Assembly: GCA_033764315.1 (NCBI GenBank)
Contig: JANRJA010000166.1
Span: 1-41,656, forward strand
Origin: Oculatellaceae cyanobacterium bins.114
Lineage (GTDB): Bacteria > Cyanobacteriota > Cyanobacteriia > Elainellales > Elainellaceae
Length of the DNA: 41,656 nt
Direction of reading: 5' to 3'
How positions within the stretch are numbered: position 1 is the first letter of the stretch; each line of letters opens with the position of its first letter. Under the pieces are notes generated by a model. That model searched no databases, was not told where the DNA came from, and saw nothing but the letters and a program-made list of their open reading frames with translations. The position numbers were made by a program, and so were the translations under genes. Below, in pieces: positions 34,541 through 41,656 of this stretch.

Positions 34541-37102
34541 ATGGTAGATATCCTCCTGGTTGACGATAATTTGGGCGATCGCTTACTGGCTATCGGTGAG
34601 CTAAAGCGTTTCTTTGGCAGTCATTTATACGTGACTGAAATTACTGGAGCAGAGGAGTTTCATCAAGCCCTGACTAGCAGTCAGTTTGATGTCGTTATCA
34701 CCGACTACACCTTGCACTGGGGAGATGGCTTAATGGTGCTGCGATTGATAAAAGATCGCTACCCCGATCGCCCAGTCATTATGTTTACCAACAGTGGCTC
34801 TCAAGAAATTGCAGTAGAAGCAATGAAATTGGGGCTAGATGACTATGTGATCAAAGCACCCAATCACTACATGCGACTGCCGATCGCAACTCAAGTTGCT
34901 TTAGAACGAGCCGCAGAAAAACACAAATCGGCTGGTTTAGAAGTACGGTTACAGTCTCTGCTTAATCAACTGGAGGTAGGGGTCTATCGCATGAACGGCG
35001 ACGGGGTTTTGTTAGAGGCAAATCCTGCTTTTTTTCGTTTGTTAGGGCTTAATGCAATTCCCCCATCTCCCCTTCCTGCAAAAGCTCTCAATGACGTTAC
35101 CTTACAGGTCTGCCCTACCGTACTCAACCAATTACACCAGCATGGAGATAGTCGTGAAAAAGAGTTGCAACTCCGACAAGCTAATGGAGCTATAACCTGG
35201 TTGCGTATTAGTCAAAGTTTGAGCTATTCAGGAAAAACCTTACTGATCGACGGGTTAATCGAAGATATCAGCGATCGCAAACAGGCAGAGCACGAAAAAG
35301 AGCGGTTTTTAGCCCGCGAACAACAGGCTCGCATTGATGCTGAAATGGCTCACCAACGATCTGCTTTTTTGGCAGAGGCGAGTCGTTTATTAGCCACAAC
35401 ACTTGACCATCGCACAACATTACCGCAATTAGCCCAACTTGCCATTCCGACTCTGGCAGATTGGTGTTTTATTGATGTGATCGAAAACCATGTCCGCAAC
35501 TTTAGAGACCCTATAGTGGCAGCGATTACTCCCGAAAAAGCGGCGTTAGTGCTGGAGTTAAGGCGACGCTATCCACCGCCCTTAAATGCTAACTTTGGTG
35601 CCCCAAAAGTATTGCGTACTCGTGAGTCAGAGTTGAACCCTAACATTTCTCAAGAAATGTTGCTATCTATTGCCCAAGACGAAGAGCATTTACAACTTTT
35701 GCAAAAATTAGGGGCAACGTCTTATATGATTGTGCCGTTGGTCGCACGGGGACAAAGCATTGGAACTCTTGCTTTTGCCCTGGCACGCTCTGACCGCCGC
35801 TATGGTCAAGCCGACCTGGATATGGCAAGAGGACTCGCTGTACGTGCTGCGCTGGCGATCGATAATGCACGGCTTTATCAGGAGGCACGAGATGCAAATC
35901 AAATGAAAGACGAGTTTTTGGCGATCGTCTCTCATGAATTGCGGACACCACTCAACTCGATCTTAGGTTGGTCACAATTATTACAAACTCGTCAATTTGA
36001 TGAATCAGCAAGATTAAAGGCGATTGAAACAATTGAACGCAATGCCCGTGCTCAAAGTAGACTTATTGATGATATTCTTGATGTTTCTCGACTTATTCGT
36101 GGCAAATTACGATTAAATCTAGAGCCTGTGCCGCTGTTGCCCATAATCACAATGGCAATTGATGATATTCGGTCAGCCGCACAGCTTAAAAATTTACGGA
36201 TTGAGACGTCCTTAGATGCAGCAGTCGGGCACGTTTTAGGAGATGCTGAACGTCTACAGCAAATCATTTGGAATTTGCTATCCAATGCTGTTAAATTTAC
36301 TCCTACCGGAGGACATATTTGGGTTCACCTTGAGCGCATTCGTCGTGAAGTTGTTAACTCTACGATTAGAAGCCAAACTCCCTTAGTGGCGGATTTGCCT
36401 TCTACGCTCAACGCTTCACACTATGCCCATCTAGTAATTCAAGATACAGGTCAAGGCATCAGTCCAGACTTTTTGCCGTTTATTTTTGATCGCTTTCGCC
36501 AAGCCGACAGCACTAAAACCCGATCACAGAGTGGTTTGGGGTTAGGGTTAGCTATTGTCCGAAGTTTGGTAGAGATGCACAATGGCGTTGTGTTTGCCGA
36601 AAGCAGCGGAGAAGGGAAAGGCTCTATATTTACAGTGCAATTGCCCCTTCAAGATACTCCATCATTTACTACATTTCAAAAATCATCCATGACCAATGAT
36701 TTTCCTGATTTGAGTGGTTTGCGGATACTTTTAGTGGATGACGATGCTGATACCCGTGAGCTTGTCACCTTTGTTTTAGAGCAATGTCATGCTGAGATTA
36801 TGGCAGTAGTATCGGCTCAGGAGGGGTTTGCGGCGATCGCCCAAAATCCCCCCGATTTGTTGATCAGTGATATCAGCATGCCTGATGAAGATGGCTATTC
36901 CTTGATGCGCCGCATTCGAGCCTATGAAGCTGAGGAAGGACGACGTCAAATACCTGCGATCGCCCTTACTGCGTTTGCCCGTGACGAAGATCGACAAGCA
37001 GCACTTGCAGTCGGCTTTCAACAATACTTTGCTAAACCCATTAATCCATTTGACCTTGTCGCAGTGATTACAACCCTTGTCAAAGCTCCAGAAACCGCCT
37101 GA
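34541..37102 (+). CDS. Hybrid sensor kinase REC-PAS-GAF-HisKA-HATPase-REC
   Basis: ILLVDD/VITDY (REC); EANPAF, DISDRKQAE (PAS/PAC); LADWCFID, ALAIDNARLY (GAF); SHELRTPL; NAVKFT, DTGQGI, GLGLGL; LLISDISMP (REC). Confidence 0.95.
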   Translation: MVDILLVDDNLGDRLLAIGELKRFFGSHLYVTEITGAEEFHQALTSSQFDVVITDYTLHWGDGLMVLRLIKDRYPDRPVIMFTNSGSQEIAVEAMKLGLDDYVIKAPNHYMRLPIATQVALERAAEKHKSAGLEVRLQSLLNQLEVGVYRMNGDGVLLEANPAFFRLLGLNAIPPSPLPAKALNDVTLQVCPTVLNQLHQHGDSREKELQLRQANGAITWLRISQSLSYSGKTLLIDGLIEDISDRKQAEHEKERFLAREQQARIDAEMAHQRSAFLAEASRLLATTLDHRTTLPQLAQLAIPTLADWCFIDVIENHVRNFRDPIVAAITPEKAALVLELRRRYPPPLNANFGAPKVLRTRESELNPNISQEMLLSIAQDEEHLQLLQKLGATSYMIVPLVARGQSIGTLAFALARSDRRYGQADLDMARGLAVRAALAIDNARLYQEARDANQMKDEFLAIVSHELRTPLNSILGWSQLLQTRQFDESARLKAIETIERNARAQSRLIDDILDVSRLIRGKLRLNLEPVPLLPIITMAIDDIRSAAQLKNLRIETSLDAAVGHVLGDAERLQQIIWNLLSNAVKFTPTGGHIWVHLERIRREVVNSTIRSQTPLVADLPSTLNASHYAHLVIQDTGQGISPDFLPFIFDRFRQADSTKTRSQSGLGLGLAIVRSLVEMHNGVVFAESSGEGKGSIFTVQLPLQDTPSFTTFQKSSMTNDFPDLSGLRILLVDDDADTRELVTFVLEQCHAEIMAVVSAQEGFAAIAQNPPDLLISDISMPDEDGYSLMRRIRAYEAEEGRRQIPAIALTAFARDEDRQAALAVGFQQYFAKPINPFDLVAVITTLVKAPETA

Positions 37103-37159
37103 TATATAGAGGCTCGATCTAAGCTTCTCATTTATTCCCTGCCTTCCAGAACATTCCTA

Positions 37160-37298
37160 TCATGGCTCAAAGCTAACATCGTCTCCCAGTAAATTCATTT
37201 CCTGGCTCAAAGCCATAGTCCTCTAAAGAAAACTAGACCCACATTTCAGCCCGTTGAAATAGGCTTTTGCCATTAGCTCAGAAATTTATTTCAGGGCG
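37160..37298. repeat. Degenerate REP-like palindromic cluster
   Basis: CCAGTAAATTCATTTCCTGG, AGCCCGTTGAAATAGGCT, CAGAAATTTATTTCAGGG, and a direct repeat TGGCTCAAAGC (two copies). Confidence 0.4.
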
Positions 37299-37832
37299 AG
37301 TGAGCAACGAAGCAATCACCCTTTTAAAACGTTTGTCAGTCAACCCGCTTATTGGTTTTAAAGAGAGCCAAGCAATTTTTAGTGAAGCAACATTCATGTT
37401 TTGCGTTGCTTATCCATCGTTTTATCAAATTCCATTAAGGTATCTTGTTCTACTAAACACACTAATGCATCTCATGTCTGACTAACATTGAGAGCAACGG
37501 TATTGCTCAAAGTCTTGCACAACAGCCAATCAACTATTTTTATAGCAGGACAAAAAATAGATCTATTCCCAAAGACGTATATCTTATTCAAGGAGGATAA
37601 CTATTATTTAATTGTGAATTTTATAACTTCTTTAGAGTCCCCAGCACTTTTAATATCAGCAAATTAGGCAGCGTTTTTTCTAATGTTCTAACGCTACTTA
37701 GGTGGACTAAGTCTAAAGCCAATCTATCTGATTACAGAGTAACAGAGACGTCAATTTTCTCTGATACTATGTTGTGCTGCAACTCATTACCAGAACAATT
37801 TCTTGCTGTCCCACACTCAACGAAGCCTGTTT

Positions 37833-38078
37833 ATGACTCGTTCAAACGACTTGGCACTGGTGGAGGAATTCTTCTTTGTTATATCTTTGACTGAAGAGAC
37901 AGACCCTGTGAGTATTAACACCAGTATTAATCTAGCAGAATTTGACTTTTCTGAAAGAGAAATTCAAAAGCTTGAAAGGCTGTGTCGCCGGGTAGAGCTA
38001 TCTTTATTGGATGCGTTTAGCGAACGCTTTCCTGCTGCCTCAGTCATTGTTGAGATTCGGGCTACTCGATCAAATTAG
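37833..38078 (+). CDS. Small hypothetical protein (81 aa)
   Basis: ATG in frame with ORF 37803; globular-looking composition; shared palindrome TCTATC-TGAT-TACAGA upstream at 37723-37738. Confidence 0.55.
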   Translation: MTRSNDLALVEEFFFVISLTEETDPVSINTSINLAEFDFSEREIQKLERLCRRVELSLLDAFSERFPAASVIVEIRATRSN

Positions 38079-38183
38079 CCTGTTTTCAAGAGAGTTGGTC
38101 GATTGACTGACTTCTAACATTTAATCTAACTTCAGATCCACATTCCCATTTCCACTTTATAGTCAATTATTGGTTGCAATTTC

Positions 38184-38228
38184 TCTATCAAGATGTAGAT
38201 ACAGTCTCCCTAATGAATCAACTAGATT
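38184..38228 (+). promoter_or_regulatory. Putative promoter of the DUF2993-DUF2231 pair: shared palindrome + -10 box
   Basis: TCTATC-AAGA-TGTAGA (38184-38199), 23 nt gap, TAGATT (38223-38228). Confidence 0.6.
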
Positions 38229-38269
38229 ACTCAAAAGAAGTAGATCAAAGTCATTAGGAGACGATTTGA

Positions 38270-39013
38270 GTGACTCAAAGTGGTGGTGACTTGGGGGAAC
38301 AAGCCCTCAGCAAAGTCGCTGAAATTGGGATTAAAAATCAACTTGATAGTGCAGAAGATATCAATGTCGAAATCAAAACAGATCCCTTGAAGCTCGTTCA
38401 GGGTGAAGTTGAATCTGTGTTGATCGAAGGCAAAGGTCTAGTGATGCAACAAGACCTCCGCATGGAAGAAATGAATCTTCAAGCTGATGCGATCGCCATC
38501 AATCCTTTAAGTGCTGTATTTGGCACCATTGAGTTAACGCGTCCGACTCAAGCCACGGCAACGGTTGTGCTGACTGAGAACGATATTAATCGCGCTTTTA
38601 ACTCAGATTATATTCGTGGAAAACTACAGCAATTGCCAGTCACAATTAATGGCAAACCTACACAAGTTGATACTCAATATATTGAATTTAAACTTCCAGG
38701 TGAGCAAAAAATAGCCTTGACGGCTGGAATTGTTTTGAAGGACACAGGTGAAGCTCATAAAGTAGCATTCACAGCGGTTCCACGAGTTAGCTCCGACCAC
38801 CAAACGGTGTTATTGGAAAACATTGAATATAGCGAAGGAAAGGACTTATCACCAGAGCTAACCGAAGCAATGTTAGCCCAAGCCCAAGACTTGTTAGATT
38901 TGCAAAATTTTGAACTGCAAGGAACCAAACTACGGCTTAGCCAATTGCAAGCTGAGCAGGGGCGGTTGACGTTAAGCGGAGATGCCCAGATCGAAGAATT
39001 TTCATCAACTTAA
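38270..39013 (+). CDS. DUF2993 / LmeA-like phospholipid-binding protein
   Basis: LGEQALSKVAE, TDPLKLVQGEV, LTENDINRAFNS; SD AGGAG; GTG start. Confidence 0.85.
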   Translation: MTQSGGDLGEQALSKVAEIGIKNQLDSAEDINVEIKTDPLKLVQGEVESVLIEGKGLVMQQDLRMEEMNLQADAIAINPLSAVFGTIELTRPTQATATVVLTENDINRAFNSDYIRGKLQQLPVTINGKPTQVDTQYIEFKLPGEQKIALTAGIVLKDTGEAHKVAFTAVPRVSSDHQTVLLENIEYSEGKDLSPELTEAMLAQAQDLLDLQNFELQGTKLRLSQLQAEQGRLTLSGDAQIEEFSST

Positions 39014-39036
39014 TTCATCAACGCAAGGAGTCAAAA

Positions 39037-39558
39037 ATGACACGTACACCTAATGTAGAACCTTTGATCGAAAGCGATGAGCGTGAGTTTCGAGATAGTG
39101 GCGTTCCCAGTACGGTAGCGATCGCCCAGCATCCCCTGCATCCATTGCTTGTCACCTTCCCTATTGCATTTTTGGTAGGAGCCGCTGCGACAGATCTCGT
39201 TTTTTGGTGGCTGAGCGATCCATTTTGGGCAAGAGCATCTTTTTGGCTGATTGCGGCAGGTTTAGCCAGTGGAGTATTAGCCGCTATCACAGGCATGATG
39301 GACTTTCTCCGTATTCCTCGTGTACGAGAGCGCAAAGCCGGATGGGCACACATGATCGGCAATGTAGCCGTTTTAGGATTTAGTGTGATTAACTTACTCA
39401 TCCGGTTAAACAACATTCAAGGTGCCGTTGTACCGCTTGGGTTAATCATCTCAGTAGTAGTTGCTGCTCTGCTTGGGGTTACAGGTTGGTATGGGGGCGA
39501 GTTGGTTTATCGTCACAAAATCTCTGTGATTGGCGATGGAAGTTTTCATCGTCCTTAA
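39037..39558 (+). CDS. DUF2231 membrane protein
   Basis: HPLHPLLVTFPIA, HMIGN, GWYGGELVYRH; four TM segments; SD AAGGAG. Confidence 0.88.
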   Translation: MTRTPNVEPLIESDEREFRDSGVPSTVAIAQHPLHPLLVTFPIAFLVGAAATDLVFWWLSDPFWARASFWLIAAGLASGVLAAITGMMDFLRIPRVRERKAGWAHMIGNVAVLGFSVINLLIRLNNIQGAVVPLGLIISVVVAALLGVTGWYGGELVYRHKISVIGDGSFHRP

Positions 39559-39663
39559 GCGCAACCGTTAACCCTTGATTCACATCCAAGATTAGTTTGC
39601 TCTGCTGGTTTACAGGTTATCCCACACGAACGAGGGAAATCTGTACTCTCAAATTATGGGTTT

Positions 39664-39749
39664 GATCCCCCTCGATCCTCTTTAACAAGGGAAATTTCAA
39701 ACGCCACTGGGCTCGATTCTCCCCTTTTTAAAGGGGATCTAGGGGGATT
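39664..39749. repeat. Cyanobacterial palindromic dispersed repeat (CCCCTT-N-AAGGGG family)
   Basis: GATCCCCCTCGATCC ... CCCCTTTTTAAAGGGGATCTAGGGGGAT; same family as 19018-19052. Confidence 0.6.
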
Positions 39750-39907
39750 CTTAGAATTGTGTGTATACGGAATGCGTCTTACAAAGAACTCTGCCTTCTG
39801 GTTTGTGGGTTATCCAGATTTAGAGAGTGGGGATGAAAGGCAACTCAAATCAACCTTAACGTGTCGCATAAACCTCTTGATGATTCAACATTGACGATGT
39901 GAATGCT

Positions 39908-41596
39908 ATGGATAGTTACGATGTCATCATTATTGGTGCGGGTCACAATGGCTTGACCTGTGCGGCTTATCTGCTCAAAGCAGGCTACAGTGTTTTGCTA
40001 TTAGAAAAGCGATCGCTGCCTGGTGGTGCTGCCACTACAGAAGAACTGATGCCAGAAGAGGCACCGGGGTTCAATTTCAATCGCTGCGCGATCGACCATG
40101 AATTTATTCATTTAGGCCCTGTAGTAGAAGAGCTTGAGTTAGCTAAATATGGGCTTGATTACCTGTTTTGTGACCCCGTGGTCTTTTGCCCTCATCCCGA
40201 TGGCAACTATTTTTTGGGGCACCAATCCGTGGCACAAACCTGTGCAGGCATCGCTACTTACAGCCCCAGAGATGCTCAAAAATATGCTGAGTTTATTGAG
40301 TATTGGCAACGTTTTATCAACGCCATCATTCCTGTCTTTAATGCTCCGCCTAAATCGCTGATTGATATTGCGGGCAATTACAACGTCCCAAAATTGAAGG
40401 ATCTATTTTCTGTTTTAGGATCACCTGATCAAACCCTGGATCTCTTTCGCACCCTGTTGACTAGTGCGGAAGATATGCTGAATGAATGGTTTGACTCCGA
40501 AATTGTGAAAGCTCCTCTGGCACGTTTAGCCGCAGAATTGGGTGCCCCACCCTCACAAAAAAACTTGGCGATCGGTGCCATGATGATGGCAATGCGGCAT
40601 CACCCTGGTATGGCAAGACCTCGTGGTGGAACAGGTGCCCTGGTTGCAGCTTTGGTTAAACTCGTCACAACGCATGGAGGGGTAATTTTAACAGACCAAT
40701 CCGTTGAGCGGGTGTTGATCGATGAAGGACAAGCCGTTGGGGTACGGGTCGCGGGAGGTCAAGAATATCGAGCCAGTCGAGGTGTCATCTCTAATATTGA
40801 TGCCCAACGCCTGTTCTTACAGATGATCGATGAGAGTGATATTCACGCTGCCGATCCTGAGTTGCGCGATCGCCTCAGTCGTCGATTGGTCAATAACAAC
40901 GAAACCATTCTCAAAATTGACTGTGCTCTATCAGAGCCCTTGCGTTTTGAACATTACAACCATCAAGATGAATATCTCATTGGGTCTGTCTTAATTGCTG
41001 ACTCTGTTAAGCAAGTTGAGATTGCTCATCATGAACCCTCCATTGGCAAAATTCCAGACTCTGACCCCTCTATGTATGTTGTGATGCCAACAATGCTTGA
41101 CCCATCAATGGCACCCGATGGTAAACACACCCTGTGGATCGAGTTTTTTGCCCCCTATCAAATTGAGGATGCGGAAGGAACAGGTTTTGCAGGCACAGGT
41201 TGGACCGATGACTTGAAGCACAAAGTAGCCGATCGCGTACTCGACAAATTGGCAGAGTATGCGCCGAACCTGAAAAAAGCTTTAATTGCACGGCAAGTCG
41301 AAAGTCCCGCTGAGTTGGGGGCACGGCTCGGCGCATTCAAAGGCAACTACTACCATCTCGACATGACTCTAGAACAGATGGTGTTTTTCCGTCCCCTTCC
41401 TGAGATTGCCAATTACAAAACTCCGATTCAAAGGCTTTATCTCACCGGAGCGGGGACTCACCCCGGCGGTTCGATCTCCGGAATGCCAGGGCGTAACTGT
41501 GCTCGGGTGTTTTTGAGCACTCAACAACCGATCGCTCAAGCATTAACCGATGCCCGCCAATCCTTGAAAAGTTTAACCAAAACACTGGGTCTTTAA
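39908..41596 (+). CDS. crtO: Beta-carotene ketolase (CrtO, FAD-dependent)
   Basis: IGAGHNGL, PGGAATTEE, CAIDHEFIHLGPVVEEL, NNNETILKID, GAGTHPGGSISGMPGRNCA closely follow cyanobacterial CrtO; alternative GTG start at 39899. Confidence 0.9.
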   Translation: MDSYDVIIIGAGHNGLTCAAYLLKAGYSVLLLEKRSLPGGAATTEELMPEEAPGFNFNRCAIDHEFIHLGPVVEELELAKYGLDYLFCDPVVFCPHPDGNYFLGHQSVAQTCAGIATYSPRDAQKYAEFIEYWQRFINAIIPVFNAPPKSLIDIAGNYNVPKLKDLFSVLGSPDQTLDLFRTLLTSAEDMLNEWFDSEIVKAPLARLAAELGAPPSQKNLAIGAMMMAMRHHPGMARPRGGTGALVAALVKLVTTHGGVILTDQSVERVLIDEGQAVGVRVAGGQEYRASRGVISNIDAQRLFLQMIDESDIHAADPELRDRLSRRLVNNNETILKIDCALSEPLRFEHYNHQDEYLIGSVLIADSVKQVEIAHHEPSIGKIPDSDPSMYVVMPTMLDPSMAPDGKHTLWIEFFAPYQIEDAEGTGFAGTGWTDDLKHKVADRVLDKLAEYAPNLKKALIARQVESPAELGARLGAFKGNYYHLDMTLEQMVFFRPLPEIANYKTPIQRLYLTGAGTHPGGSISGMPGRNCARVFLSTQQPIAQALTDARQSLKSLTKTLGL

Positions 41597-41615
41597 GAGC
41601 ATGCCTTAGCTCTAC

Positions 41616-41651
41616 TGTGGGGCGTTTACTGACCGCCCCACAATCTCTTTT
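41616..41651 (+). terminator. Rho-independent terminator after crtO
   Basis: TGTGGGGCG-N9-CGCCCCACA then ATCTCTTTT. Confidence 0.75.
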
Positions 41652-41656
41652 AGCCT

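Larger units (their letters stand above)
1540..40873. repeat. HIP1 octamer GCGATCGC, dozens of dispersed copies
   Basis: Seen repeatedly, e.g. at 17881, 21988 and 24541; densest in 14290-31600. Confidence 0.95.

Noticed and set aside
37267..37485. 72-aa ORF after the hybrid kinase
   Set aside because: TTG start inside a degenerate REP-like repeat, no SD, no recognisable motif.
39813..39862. Shared palindrome upstream of crtO (also sought before uvsE and the hybrid kinase)
   Set aside because: Only weak half-matches without the 21-23 nt spacing to a TANNNT box; regulon membership not supported.
944..41346. Many 60-140 aa ORFs in the track overlapping longer genes (e.g. 2625-2822, 16296-16676, 21852-22268, 39018-39416)
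   Set aside because: Antisense or out-of-frame shadows of well-supported genes, with no motifs or ribosome-binding sites.
1..41656. CRISPR array, tRNA, rRNA, transposase or integrase
   Set aside because: No regularly spaced direct repeats, structural RNA signatures or recombinase motifs seen; the recurring GCGATCGC is HIP1.

Overview
Cyanobacterial chromosomal DNA: dense HIP1 GCGATCGC octamers, psaL and crtO; the taxon cannot be fixed from this window. Almost the whole window reads as a general-stress/desiccation island: CsbD, hemerythrin, SDH-family protease, GH13 glucan enzyme, glutathione reductase, UvsE, CrtO, DoxX, DUF2231, DUF2993, small hydrophilic proteins, lipoproteins and two histidine kinases. 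Its core is a 16-kb, 13-gene co-oriented cluster (14290-30061) with a nucleotide-heptose pathway (GT4-GmhA fusion, GmhB, HldE), four full GT9 heptosyltransferase domains plus a half GT9, three more GT4s and a GT2. This is unexpected because characterised cyanobacterial LPS generally lacks heptose. Two regulatory patterns were read directly from the DNA. First, a 16-bp imperfect palindrome TCYNYC-N4-GRNAGA lies 21-23 nt upstream of a TANNNT -10 box at nine promoters, including that of a stand-alone psaL with a Pro-rich loop. Second, three TTRTGCAATTG-type palindromes precede the heptose cluster and are candidate operators for the CdaR/PucR regulator at 8664-9914. No rRNA, tRNA, CRISPR array or transposase was seen. 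Family calls are from motif recognition by eye, not database searches.
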